Positions 26,801-41,700 of a DNA stretch of 64,000 nucleotides are shown in pieces. Position 1 is the stretch's first letter, and every line of letters begins with the position of its first letter. A program made the translations under genes and the position numbers. The stretch spans positions 39,742,001-39,806,000 of the forward strand of contig NC_086373.1 of the NCBI RefSeq assembly GCF_036588685.1, written 5' to 3'. Source of the DNA: Mytilus trossulus (taxonomy: Eukaryota). The notes below the pieces were generated by a model, which was not told where the DNA came from, made no database searches, and saw only the letters and a program-made list of their open reading frames with translations.

Positions 26801-29800
26801 TTGAGATGCCATATCAGCTGCTAGTCAATTGAAAACTGACCTCGGAATCTCAATGTCAACTGTAATAGATACAAACACGGACAGCCGTTTCATTCCGCTG
26901 CAAGTATGCTTAGAAAAGACATCGCGAGACTCTACAGAAGAATACCCAACTTCGGATGAATTGTCTCTTCCTTCTTCAATTCATCCAATGCCTTCGTATT
27001 TATTGCAATTCATTTTATGCTTACTCGATGAAATTGCATACAGCCAAGACTATTCTCGGGAAATGGCACCAGAGAAATTGCGTAAATGCTAATCAACAGT
27101 TGAGTCAGTCGTTTGTGTGGCCTTTCCCCCCCTCCTTTTCATTTAGGATTGGCATTACAAATGTACCATGAGTTTTGTTTAAAACACCTTGTTGAAAATT
27201 TGAATGCCAGTGGATTTTATGCTTCTAAAAATGAAGTGCGACGCTAGTGCGCCATCTAATGTGTTGTCAACCATGAAATTGAGCGAATTCAAGATAGTGT
27301 GTTCGTCTCGGATAATGTTTCCCCAGCATCTTTGCAGACAAGCATATGGATGCCATCGCACTTTCCAAAAACCCCTTTAGAGCTCTGTTAAATTTTGGAT
27401 GAATTAATAGGGATGGTTTGAATCTGTTATTTTTTTAGGAACAAATGTCTTCGGATTTCCTACAATACCTTGTCTGTACTTGTAAAGAAAAACTCAAAAT
27501 AAGGTGTTTGCTTTGAGCAGAACCTTTCATGTGCAGACCTGTGGCCATAAGTGAAATGTGTAGAAATATTAAAACATGTCTTGTGACGGTTGATGAAAAA
27601 GAAGATGATGAGGATGACGGTTGATTAGGTAAAAAGCTGTTTGGATGGTACACACGGTCCCAGGCCCCAGGTTTTGGGAGTTTTGGCGCGCCCTTCAAAA
27701 AGTTATAAACCCCGCCACAATCTGTATGTGTCTGTTTCAAGTCACGAGACGGTAATGCAGTGTTTGTCGTTTGTTTCTATAAACTATATTTGTTTCTTTC
27801 TTATTTATTTTGTATATTTATCAAGTCGATAGATTTTTCGTTTGTTTTACATTATTCATTTCGGGAATTGAAGACTATGCAGTATAACTTTTACTCATTG
27901 TTGAAGTCCGTACGTGACCTATAATTGTTAATCTATGTCTCATTTGGTCTCATTTGGAGAGTTACATGTAATTGTCTCATTTGCAATCATATCACATCTT
28001 CTTTTTCTGATATGGAATACTTTTAAAGTTTGTGGTACGTTGCAAGGAAAAAAAGGGGGATATAGGTACAAAACCTATAATATAAAAGATATTTACCAGA
28101 GTTAAATACACAACAACAGATTATACTATGGAAGCAGTATTAATTGTGAAAAACAACCAAAAACAATGAGTAGTCTATAAAAAACCTGAAGTATCCGCAA
28201 ATTTAGTTTGAGGTCATATTTGATTGAAGAGTTATATTGCTTTGGTTTGATACCTCAACCAAAACGATAGTTTAAAAAATAATTTTAAAGTATTGCCCTG
28301 CATGACACTTGATTCTTTAACCGAAATTGAAATTTTTCATAAGGTTAAGGTGCTCAAAACATTTAATAGGTTGAAAACTTGATTTTTTAATTTTGTTTAT
28401 AAAACGTCGTTTTAGGAACTTTTTTGATAAAAAAAATCTCAATGAATAAGGTTAATGTATAATAACAAATTTAATAAAGCCAAAACAGTATCATTTGTAT
28501 TTAGGTATAGTTTAGAAATAGAAAAAAATGTCAAAATTCAAACCCTCCCAAATTTTCACAGATTTTTACATCTGACCTTTGATCTCAATTTGAAAAAAAA
28601 GTGACCATATCAAGTCATGACGACAGGCATAGTATTATAGTACACGATTTCCTCTTTCCAATGATATACTATATAGGTGTGTGTTCGGTGGGGAGATTAA
28701 ATTCAAAAAAATCTGCCTTCAGTCACCGCACTATAATAGGATGTCTTTTGTTAAAAAGACCTTCTGACTGAATGTGACTTTAATTTATCAGTAATAATTG
28801 AAATAATATCATGTGTTAAATTTCTCTTTCTTCATACCTGTTGTTTAGAACATCTTTTTAATATTGCTTCAACCGGTGTGATGGGATCATCCAAGGTTTC
28901 AAGCTGGAAAAATAAAATATACATGTTAAACATATACAAATGTTGTAATTTGAAATGTTCTTTAGGTTTTTATTATAACAACATTTTGTATGGTTAATAT
29001 AAGACAGTGTATATATCTCATATATATAGCAACCTACCAATATAAATTAACCAAACATACATTTAAATTAGACATAACAGGATTACATGTCCACTTTGTA
29101 ACGAAACTTTCTCATTATCCAGAGACAAGTTAAAATTGAAAATGGAAATTAAAGAGACTACAACCAGACCAAAGAGCATTTAACAGTAAAGATCTACAGT
29201 ACTCAAAGTTGTTTGTCATTTCAACAGAGGAGAAGGAATATGATGAAACACCAAATTAAAATTAAAAAAAATAAATTTAAGAGGTAGCAATTGACATCCA
29301 TTGACAGCAGGATGACTACAGATAATAAAGCAATCATGGACTAGCCTGTAATTCAGTGGTTGTCGTATGTTTATGTGTTACATATTTGTTTTTTGTTCAT
29401 TTTTTTACATAAATAAGGCCGTTAGTTTTCTAGTTTGAATTGTTTTACATTGTCTTATCGGGGCCTTTCATAGCTGACTATACGGTATGGGCTTTGCTCA
29501 TTGTTGAAGGTAGTACGGTTACCTATAGTTGATAATGTTTGAGTTATTTTGGTCTTTTGTGGATAGTTATCTCATTGGCAATAATACCACATCTTCTTTT
29601 TTATATAATGATGACTTTATATTTTTGTGAACAGCTATCCTATGAATTATAATTTCATGTATTTGGTACACTTCTTACCTTGACACAGTTTCTTAATATC
29701 ACAGATGTGTCAGATGTCCCTGTTGCCATGACAATACCAGGACTGTCTAGTAGTTTGATGTGTTTGTCTAAATGTACTTCTTGCATTGTTCTGAAACAAA

Positions 29801-32800
29801 ATGAAGAAAAAATATAAATATCAAACTCAAAATATTGTTGTCCTTTTTGTTTGAATGCAAACAATGTTGTGTTTAAAGATTTGATTCAAATTACTGTGGA
29901 TTCACTATTATTTGTTGGGATACCAATTTTTGTGGATTTCATGGGTACAGATGAACCATGAAATTAATCGTTAAACGAATAACAAATTTTCTATTATAGG
30001 CTTGTATGATGATTTCGGTCTAACCATGAAAATTACATATACATGAACATGTAAGTTTTCCTAAATCCACGAAAATTGATACACACCAAAATAAATGAAT
30101 CCACAGTATCTGAAAACTAGAAGTAGTAGTCTAACAGACATGAAAAGTGCACATACATTTACCTTAATTATGTTGAACTAGTACTACTAGTCTCTTAAGA
30201 TTTTTTTTAACTAAGAAATAATTCCTTCATGTCATGCTCTATGCTCATTTTAACATGGGTAGGCATTATATTTGTCGATATTTTACACTGAGCGTTAGCA
30301 AGGTGTAAAATGTGGTCAAATATAATGCCTACCCATGTTAAAATTAGCATAGAGCATGACATGAAGGAATTATTTCGATTCTAATAGGACAAATACAGTA
30401 TTTTTATAGGTCGAAGGGTTCTAAAATTACGTGAAAATGTTTGGCTTTTCCTGTTTCCTTCCCGAGGAGTCTGTGCATTACATTTCATATTTGATAAGTT
30501 TTAAAACTATGAGCAAGGTAATTGTATGTTATTTTATAAAATATTTAATAAAAATTCATGCTTGCTGCTTAAATGTATACATTTTAAAGGATAACGATGG
30601 AAATAATGTTAATATACACAGTAAGTTCGTGCGCATGTGTCAAACATATTTTTTATGCTCATTAGAACACGGCTTTGTTTACAAAGCGTAATAAGGACGT
30701 CATATTAGAATGAACATTTATGAACAGCTAGTGCAAAATGTGATACTGTATGTTTAAATTTTTTTTATATTGAAAGCATTTAGTAAGCTAATAGATCTGA
30801 TACCTTGTCATTCCTGGCATGGATCCAACATTACAGGCTTTGGCACGTTTCAAGCTATTTATAATACTGCTCTTGCCAGTATTAGGGAAGCCTGAAAAAT
30901 AAAAAATAAAGTTGTATTTCAAATGATTCAATATAGGTAAAATATAAAACAATAATTGGGTTTCATCAAATCAAACACTTTTCTTTCAGATAACTCTGTA
31001 TCAGTAACCTTCTGAACTAGACTGTAAAAAATCATTATTTGTTTTTAGTTTCTGACTGTCTAAAACAGGGATGGGCATGATTACTGACAAATGTAATCGA
31101 TTAATAATCGATTACATGAAGGTATTTTGTTCAATCGATTACTCAGATTTTTGTATGTAATCGATTGCAATCGATTACTTTATCAAAAGTAATTACATTA
31201 CTTTTCGATTACTGTCAATTAGATGCTTAAAATTCAAAAAAAATATATAGAGAGTTAAACACAATTATGTTGCTAAATGTTTGTATAGTGGAAATGTAGA
31301 ACTTTACCTAAAAAACAGCATTTAAAACATTGTTTCCAAATTATAAGTTGACAGTTATTATCTAGATGGAATCTCTTACTGAGGATCACAATTATTAAAA
31401 AAAAATTGAAATTTTGACTCTGAACATGAATGACTTGGCATTCCATCAATCACTTATGTATATGTTTAAGATTTTTTCAATACTCTTACATTCATATTGA
31501 ATTAAGTATGCTTCTTGGTTTTTATTAATTGAAGGCAGGTTTATATAAGCATAGTTATTTTCAATGTTGGAAGTTTTCTCTAAAGAAAAAAACAAAAATA
31601 GAATTATTAATTAGTTCAGCTAATTTTAAAGATCACAATTTATAATTATAATGACAGGCATGATTTAATCCTTTTGTTGGATAACCACCCTAATTATAGG
31701 TTATCAAACTGCCAATGGTGTACAATTTTATAACCTGAGGCAAAATAATATAAATCTCTTTCTTAATTAGACAAACAGTAATTGAAATAAAAACAAAGTG
31801 TGTGTCTTATATACTGATTAGAAGACTTTGATCATCTGATTAAAAAAGACAAGAAAGTTTATTAAGATTTCAATTCATTCTCTAATAAAACTATAAACAG
31901 TATATATTTTTAGTGTCAAATAGGGATAAATGTATATCTTTTTTTGAAAAGAATTTCAATGCAAAGGCATTGGTTCATTGTTAAAAGGATTTTGTGTACC
32001 TCCTTACTTTTTATACATGTATATCATAACATTATAAGAAATCAACTGTTTATCTTTTCTAAGCTTACATCTTATTGAAAATTATGCTTTTAGGAAATTT
32101 AAAACAAATAAGCTTACTCCTTTAAGGAAGTACAGAACTAAACTTAAAGACACATTTCTTATTTTAAATCTATTTTCTGATTTCAAATTTATTGTCTTAT
32201 TTTAATATACAAGGAGTTGACTTATTGACAAGTACATAAATCATTTGTTTCAACAGCTAGATATAAAGTAAATTATGGTATGGGATCTGGGTTAGCATAA
32301 AACAATGGATAGAAATATCAAGGCATCTGATAAACTCTCAAGTCTTATCAGTACTTCAAAGTGATGAAAACATACATGTTTTCATTTAAAATAGGTTATA
32401 TTTCATCAAACTATTTTGCCAAAGTAATCGAAATGTAATCGAAAGTAATTGATGATTACATCATGATTTTTGCTGTAATCGATTATATTACGATTACATG
32501 TAATCAAAAATGTCTTTGATTACAGATTACTATTGATTACTGGAAAAAATGTAATCAGTTACAATCGATTACGATTACAGATTACGATTACCCCATCCCT
32601 GGTCTAAAACATCTTTCTCATCTATAGTAGAGCACATCTTCTGGTATTTTTTTTTTATGAATTCAGTATAATATATATATATATATTCAGAATTATAAAT
32701 CAGTTATGTTAATTTCTTTTATTTAAGGCATACCACTAGTTTAATATGTTTATTTCATTAGACATTTTCTACCTACCGACTACACCAACACGTATAGCAG

Positions 32801-35800
32801 ATTTGATATCTTTATTCCGGCAATAATTTCCCAGTAACTTCATCAACATGTCTGCCCCTAAACAATGACTAGACTTCAAAAGATCATCACTTGCCATTTG
32901 TAAAGGAACTTTTGCTCTACTCTAAAATAAAATGTTTGTTTTTTAAACGGATTATACATTCATTCATTTATCAGACTTTTTGTAATTTAAAAGCTGTATA
33001 CTATAGACAATTATCTTGATATGTGAAATTCTTATTTTCTGTTGTGAAATCAGTAGATTCACATTTATGATTTTTTATTACGTTGTTGGCATCTTCTAAA
33101 TTTGAATTGCTCATACAGATATTTAAAGCAATTATTAATAGCACATAGCAGCTAAATATTAATAATTTTCATGTGCTACAGCTACGAAAGAAATTAAATG
33201 GCAGACAATATCCATTCACTTTATTCCAATGCAAGTTAACTAACAGATAATCAGATTATTTCCAAGATAATATTCATCAATATAAACTTATATGGCCTTC
33301 TTTCAAGCACTGTTGAAGTAAACATAACATACATAATAAACACTTTGATGAGCTGAGTGTATTTTTGCTTTCTAAAGTTACAAATACATTCTCTCCTCAG
33401 CTGAGTTATACAACTTACAAGATTTGTGTTCTGAGTTTGTGTAGAAGCCTTGAATGCAAGTGTTGGGAACTCATTTCTCAAATGTTTCAGCCATTCTTCA
33501 ACATTTTCTCTTGGTACTAAGTCTACAATAGAAAAATAATAAAACTGTCCATTGAAAATTTTAATATTCATTTTTAAAAAGAAAAGTCACAAGATTAGTA
33601 TGTCATTAATTAAAATTTAAAGTATATTTAGTCAGCACTTTCAAAAACCAAATTAATCAGTTTCACTTTTTGTCCATTGATTAACAGTAAAATAAAAGTA
33701 TGCAATAATTTATATTTTTGTAGTATTTATCAATGTGCACATTTGTGAATTAATGTGTTGTCCATCACTGGTGGAATATTTATAGTTATTCTTTTTACCT
33801 CATTGATTTTAATGTAAATTAAGTAGAAAAGGCATATAACTGCATCTTAATCTAAGAAATATTATGCTGAGTTCACAAGTAATTCGAATTCCATTCACAT
33901 TATCTAATTCAAATTCCATTCACATTAACTAATTCGAATTAGTGTAATTCGCAATCAAAATGTTTACTTCCTAATGTTAACTCAAATTCGAATTGCAATG
34001 CGTGTCAAATCCGCTAAACTGTCCAAACGACGTTGACTTTTAATTCACATTAACAAAAGCGTGTTTCTAATGCGAATTTGATAATTCGAGTTAGCTAATT
34101 CGAACCAATTTGAATTTAAAAAGAAGAGTGTGTGAATGCGATTAGCGAAATTTGATTCGCATTTGATGTGAATTCAATTGGATTTAAATGTATGTGTGAA
34201 AGAGGCATTAGAAACATAGGACAAAAGGTAATAATCAAACTTGACATACCTATTTTATTTAATATAAGGACTAAACGTTTATTTGTGCCACTTTCCAATA
34301 TGGCTTCCTCCATTTGTGTACACCTGCTACCAAGGGGATCCCTTGCATCCAGAATTTCAAGAATTACATCTGCAGCATCTACAACCTTAAAACAAAGATT
34401 TTTTTAGAAATATGCTAAATTAATATGTTTATTTCAAACAATTTTATATCAATTACTTTGCATTTCATTTATATTGAACTTCATTAACATAAATTATTGA
34501 ATAATTTTAAATTAGTATTGATTTCAATAAATGTTATATAATAAAGACAAATTCATAAACAAAACATTTAACTGTTCTTGTGAAAAAGTGTTTTGGTAGA
34601 TGTTTTTTTTCTCATGAATATAGCTATCCATTTGTAAAGTAAACTGAAAGTTTTATAACATCAATTTAATCCAGGGTTACTTCCCTTATACAATGTACCC
34701 CTTATATTAAAACATGATACTAAAATCATTTGCATCAGAATTAATTTGATTTTTATAAAGAAAAAGTATGAACAGGTAATATAAATAGTCAAAGTTTAAG
34801 TAGACTTTGAATTAGAATAGCATGGTTGATGTTTTGTATTTTAGGTTTCAAAATAAATCTAAATGTTCAGTTGAATTCGTTAACATTAAAACATCTGTAA
34901 AATTGTTTAACCCCATTACATTTAGTATGTGCTAAAAGACAGGAGCCTGTAACTCATTGGATGTCATTTGTAACTGTGTCATATTAGTTTTGTACATAAA
35001 ATAGGTGGTTAGTTTTCTAGGTTGAATAAACCTTTTTACACTTTTGGTATTTAGCTGTATCTTGCCTCCAAATGACCTTAGATTGACTCTGACTCACCTT
35101 TTGACGTCAAGAAACAATCACTTTTGAATTGTGACATTAAATCTTTTAAATTATGATGTCAAAGTTTACGTTTGGCATTTTCCAGCCTTTTATAACTGAC
35201 TATGTGGTATGGTGTATTGATGACTGTACAGTGACCTATAGCTGTTAAATTTTATGTCCTTATGTCTCTGGTGAAGAGTTGTTTGATTGGCAATCATACC
35301 ACACCTTCTTATTTCTATATTAATATATATTATAAGACATTTTTCGTTTCTAAAATACACTTTGTCAGACCTTTTTAAATTCTTTATAGAATGTCTTCAG
35401 GGATATTTCTACAGCACCATTACTACTAGTATGTGACTCTTCTCCGGACTTCTTTTCTTGCTAGAAAATAAAGTTATATACATATGTAAGTAGAATATTT
35501 TAATCCCTTTTTATAAAAAAAAATGGTTTTTAAGTCTCCAATGTCCTAAAGCTTCATAAAACCAGAATTGAAAAGGTTAAAACCTTAAAACTTGTATGGA
35601 CAAATCAATCAAACATCTTTCCCTCTTGTTACCATTGAAGAAGTGAGCCAACGGAAGTTCAATTTAAACTTGTAATTGATTCCTCCTTTGAAAAGTTCTA
35701 TTTTAAATAAAGAATAGTTTTTCTTGGATTTTGATATTGAAATGAATTCTTTCTAATGAAAACATAAATTCACTTGCCAAGAGAGCTTATTGGTTAATTC

Positions 35801-38734
35801 CTGCTTCTTTTACTGTGCACATTATTTGTGTGAAATTGTAATATTTTCAGTCTCTCAAATATCTACTTTAAAAAAAATCACAAAACATTATTATCATTTC
35901 AGTACTTGCAATTCCTACCTTTCTTTCAAATTCAGTGGTTTTTCTTTGAGCATCTTTTACCATTCCATCTAAATTTCGTTTCTTCATTTTCAAATATTCT
36001 CTATCCCTTTTTCTCTTTTCTTTCAGTTTTTCTCTTTCTTCTTCTGTCTACATATATAATAGAAATATTTTATGTTACACTTTGTATTGTTTTCTATCTA
36101 TTCAAAAGTAGTTTCTATCAGCTCTATGAAAAATAATTGGGATATGTATCAATGGGATGTAGATGATACCCCAACTTGCAAATGACTTGCATATAATTAT
36201 AAAGGGACATAACATGAGAACTGTACATGTGATGTACACTACCCTAATATGAACTTGATCTAAGTGTTGTGGTTATAAGCATTGTGTATAAGTTTCAAAA
36301 CATTTGGTTGAAGGAAATTGAAGTAAGAGAAGGGAAACGGAAAATTCAGCAATTTTTATATTTGTTAATGGGGCTTAATTATAGAACAGTTATAGTGACC
36401 ACACCCAAATTCACACTTATTCTAACTTTTGTGGTAAAAAGCATTGTGTATAAGTTTGATAATATTTGGTTGAGGAAATTTAAAGTTAGAGCATAGAAAT
36501 TAATTTTGAGTCCCATGTACAGACCGAAAAGGGCAACACTTGATAAAACCTCCACTGCTGCTTCAATTGTTTTCTGAAATTGCTGATTTCAGTTGTTTAA
36601 ATATTTAAGATTCTCTCTACTCATGCATGTTTCAAGCATTGACATTAATTTAATGACAGCATCACCATATATTATTACTCAGTGATTTTGTCTCAGAAAC
36701 GTCAACATGTATAATTTTATATACAACTATACTTTGTACTTACCCTTCTTTTTCTTTCTTCAGCTTCACGTAAAATCCCTTCTTTGAATGGTAAACTGTT
36801 CGGTATTCCGGGATCTTTCTTCTTGTCTAAAATCAATGAATGTGGTTAATCACAGTCTGATTTATACTGTATATTGACCTGTAATTGCTGATTTATGTCA
36901 CATCCCCTAAAAGATTCCCTTTCATCTGAACTTTGGTGGATAGTTGTCTCATAGGTAATCATACCACATCTCCTATCTAATTCAAATTCATATTTTGTAT
37001 TTATCAAAGTGATGGAGATAGAATAGAAAAGTGCATGTTAAATATGAATATCTAAAACATATTATTTTTATTTCTGATTAAAAATTATTCAAGTGTCCTG
37101 ATTCTATTTTCATTCCTTTTACAACATATTCTTTTGTTAATCCTTACTACTGATTGGATTTTTTCTCTTTGCTTTCTTTTCTTTCTTATTATGTTGACTG
37201 ATCTGAAAAAGACATCAAATATATTCATAATTATCAACATATACACATACATGTATAAACATGCACTGAAGATGTAGATTTTAGTTTGTACACATGGTAG
37301 TACACTTTTTTGTTGTTGTTGTACAGTGATTGTCACATATGATTTTATAAACATGTACTAGCACTGTCTTTTTTCATTGAGGAAACAGCTACTTATTTGG
37401 AAAAATAATTTTTTTTTTAAATGTAACAAATACATGTATACAAGAAAGCAGTGTTTAAAACTCTGTAATACAGTACCTTCCTTGTCCTGAAGTTAAGGAA
37501 TAAGACAAAATATGTACTAGAGCTCAGGGTATCACCAACTTTTTTTTATCTGATGTATCCAAGACTTACAATGTATAATTTCTTAGTGACAACTGAGTTC
37601 TATAGAGAAACAATGCCAAAGTCAGTATATGCTATATATATTCACATATTCTATTTCAATCATTATTCAGATACAAACATTTTGAATCTGCAACATATAC
37701 AAATGAGGTGAAGGAAAATCATGGATATGGTTTACTTCAAAACACAATAAATATAGAATAAAGGACTTTTTGATTTTGATACTGACTTTATTACAAAAAA
37801 TATCAGGCTCGCCCGTCCTTTATTCTGTTTATCGGTAATTTAAAAAATTAAAATATAAAAAAAACACTACAATAATGGAGAAAATAACAAACGAACTTCT
37901 TTTTCGCGTCGAAGCACGGTGAATCACACTTGACGTCACTGGCTGCATTACGTCATTTGAAATTTTGTCACAGTGCAGTAAACATGGCGTTCTCTTGCAC
38001 AAAGTATTGAAAAGGAATTATTGCATGCGTTTCATTAATATTCTGCTTTGGACATGACACTAACAATGGCAAATATATTGGTAGCATACCGGTAAGTCAA
38101 GTTTCTTTATTTTTCACAAAGCATCATTATAGTGATAGTCAGAAATAAGAATGCAGCAGATTTTTCATCGATCTGACATCATTATGAGTTCAAAGTTTTA
38201 ATTATATTTTACTTAGTTTAGTAGATAAAATTACAGAAAACGATTTTAAGAGCGCACTGTGAGGAGACATTTATACATGAGCCCCTCCCCCTCCCCCGTT
38301 TCCCCGCGGCAACGTAAGCTGACTGTAAATTATATGAATATGCTCATTTCCTGTCGACTTCATAATTATTTCAAACATTTTAATAGACGTCACTAAATTT
38401 TAAGCTAACAATTCTTGCTTTTTCAAAGTCGTGTTTATTTATTTATCAACACGGACCAGTAATATGAAACTTACGAGTTTAAAGGCCCTGCGGTTACCTT
38501 TAATTTCAGAAGCGAATTTAGAGGAAGGCGACCCCGGTCACAGTCACCCCTTATAAAGGCTACAATTCTGGTCAAAGCAGACTTTAATAGTTTGGTGCCC
38601 CGGTTATACCCCCCTTTTTAAAAATTTATCCTAGATCCGCATACATGAAGATTACGGTTCACTTTTTTGTTCTTTGTTCTATGCATATCTGTTAAATTGA
38701 CAATGATACGACATATATTAAAATTGTGTTATCG

Positions 38735-38772
<38 letters not shown>

Positions 38773-41700
38773 TGTATAAAAAAAATGTCGAAAATGCTTA
38801 ATTTCATTTTTTCCCTAGCTTCTCTGATGTGATAGACTAGCGGTACCTTTTTTGTCACTATTTATGTGTTGCGTTTAAATATGAATTGTAACACTTTATA
38901 GTGACTGAACAGGTAAAACAAATACTTCTCAAGAAAACGAAAACTACTTGGAACAGCACCAGGGTATTGAATGACTAAAAACTCAGATTTGAATCATGGA
39001 CGGTATGGTATGTTAGTTGTACTTTATATACATCAAAAATTCTTTTTTTTTAAGTCTTTTTTTTCATGCATTTTATGTTCACATTTTCACAACAATCGTT
39101 TCAATCGATGTCAAGTGTTTTATTCGCCAAAAATACCGTGCGTTTCTGCGAAAAAAATATGTGCAATTTTGTGAATGAAAGGGGAAAGTAGATCCTTACG
39201 CGTTGCATTCGCGCATGTCATTGGCGTACTAACCCAATAATTTTCATATCACAGCCAGTCCACTGATACTGACATTATCAGCGAGTACACATCAAAGGAA
39301 AAATATACAAATTACCGATAATCTTAAATATCACACAGGTTTAAACCATTACATTATTGCTTACCTTCTTTAAAATCTTATATCTATGTTTTGCAGACTG
39401 TCTTTTGCTACTTCTCCTGTCTGAAAATGATAAAGAAAGTAACATTAACATATGCCCATTTATGTCTTTTATTGACTGGAACCCTACATTTACCTGTAGC
39501 CAACCAGGCAAGACCCTCAGGCATAGGTAGTCAATGTTAAAAAACACCCTCATCATGCACTTGTCTCTTCTTTCCCTCACAACTTAATTGCAAGTCAAAG
39601 TGGATTTACTTGGACAAACATAAATGCAGTGTTCCAGCTAGGCCGTTTTCAGAGGGCGCGGCGCCCGCCCTTTTCCGAGTGGCGCCCTGTGCCCTTTTCA
39701 CAGTTTCCAGGGCGCCCTGCCTTTTTTGAAGATCGATTGCATATTAATTTGTTCGTATATAATTGATATGATACGCTAATTTCTAAATTTTACCTGGGGA
39801 AAAGTTTGACTTTGTTTACGACCCCAAGGTAATCAACGGTTACAACTGGTGTCATAATCTGTTGTTATAGGTAATCCGTTCATCGGGTGGGTCATTAGTG
39901 ATCATCAACATTAATTCATTCAAATAGAATCGGTCAGTCTGCAATTATCTTTGAAGAAATGTGCGTACAACTTGGGCACAATTTGCGATGTTTGCCGTAG
40001 TTTCATGGAGGAAACGTAATGACAGAAAGTTGAAAACCATAATAAACTCGTTGAAGACATTGTTTTACATGAAAAAAACAAAAAATCAGACGTATTTGTC
40101 ATTGACTGCCTTCATTTTTGATACAAAATAACAAAATCGGCCGCCATATTGTGATCATATTTACATCATATTTACGTGCTGTTTATAATCCTCCAAAGAA
40201 GGAGCACACCGGAATAAAGAAAGATGACTCAATCTGATTTTTTTCCTATCATTGAGTAACCCATTTACATATTCTAAAATATGTCTTCATACTTCTTGCT
40301 TAAGAATATATATGTTTAGGTATTTATTTTGAGTTATGGGAAAAGTTAAAGAGGGTCTTAGTAGCAGTGTTGGTAGGGTGCCTTGGTCATCTTTTTCTGT
40401 ATTCTTTACTTTTGATGCAATTTTTCACTGTTGCTATATATCCTAAAGTTGTGCAATTTACTGAGCACAGCTGTTTTGTGCTGTATTGCCATTAAGCACA
40501 GCAGGGGTAGAAAGGTGAAACTGGTAAAATGTGGCAGACCATAGAAACAGTATGAAACAGGTCACCTTTCAAAACATACTGCATATAAAGTTCAACTGTG
40601 CCATGCAATGATAAAAAAACTTGTGTAGGCAAGCTGATTGACAAGTTTTTCAGCCTTAACGGTTGAAAGATAGAGTTCTATATGAGCTACATGTAATGAT
40701 GTTGTTCTTGTATAACCTGTGTTTCAACGAATAAACACAATGTTTGATTAACATCTTTTATTAAAATATGCCCTTTTCATATTATCATAACGTAGTTAAA
40801 TGCCCTTTTCAGGATTGGCACCCTGCCCTTTTGAAATCCTAGCTGGAACACAGTAAATGTATGTATCATAACTTCAGAAGTGCATTTTTGACTTGTGAGT
40901 TGAATGCCCCTTTGGTATCTTTTACCTCAGTTTTGCAGAAACTTTGTTGTGGTAACATGGTTCATAGACAACGTTATTTATTTCTACAATGTAACTCTAA
41001 TGTAACTTTAATGAAACAAAATAAATTCTGTTGTAAATTATAATGATAAGTGGCAAAATAAGAAATGGCTTGAACTCAGAATCCCAAAAGGTATTAATGT
41101 TTTAATATCATGCAATATTAGTTACAATTGCAGCAAAAAAACCCATATGTACATGATGTACAGTAGATGTGCATTCAGTGATTATAAGTGGCAACAGTAC
41201 TAGTCTGAATAGAATATTGTAGACAGAAATCTGTCATCTTGACAAATCAGTATAAATTACTTATTACAATAAAATAATTTACAACTGTACCTACCTAAAG
41301 TACATTGTACCTATTTTTTGGCTTAAATGATGAGTTTGAGAAGAGCAAACAAACATACAATAAATATGTATTTTTAATATAATAGTCTGATAATAGACCA
41401 CTTTCGAGTTCATCCATCACCGGCAAAAACTCGTCAATTATGCACGCCTTTATGACGTCATTTATCAGATAGAGGGGCTCGCCTGTATCCCTGCACTATT
41501 TACGTTCATCAAGCGTCTAAGTGATCGTTTTTGTGCAGGATAAACTAGAAATAATGGTTGCTCTATAGCTACTTACTGACAATTCCCTAATGACAGCAGT
41601 GTTGGTTGTCTATTTTCAGAATTTAATTTGCTGAATAATTCGTACAATATAGAATTATAATTTTCCAACCACATTTCCGGTGACGGATGAAATCGAAAGT

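Noticed and set aside
27179-27740. Minus-strand ORFs inside the Academ element
   Set aside because: The recognisable transposase motifs are on the plus strand; these are shadow frames
30986-31037. C/D snoRNA candidate with two CUGA boxes
   Set aside because: Only about 50 nt, degenerate C box, no convincing guide
38734-38769. Long poly(A) as a retrocopy tail; also poly(G) at 18280-18303
   Set aside because: No associated ORF or TSD identified; simple homopolymers
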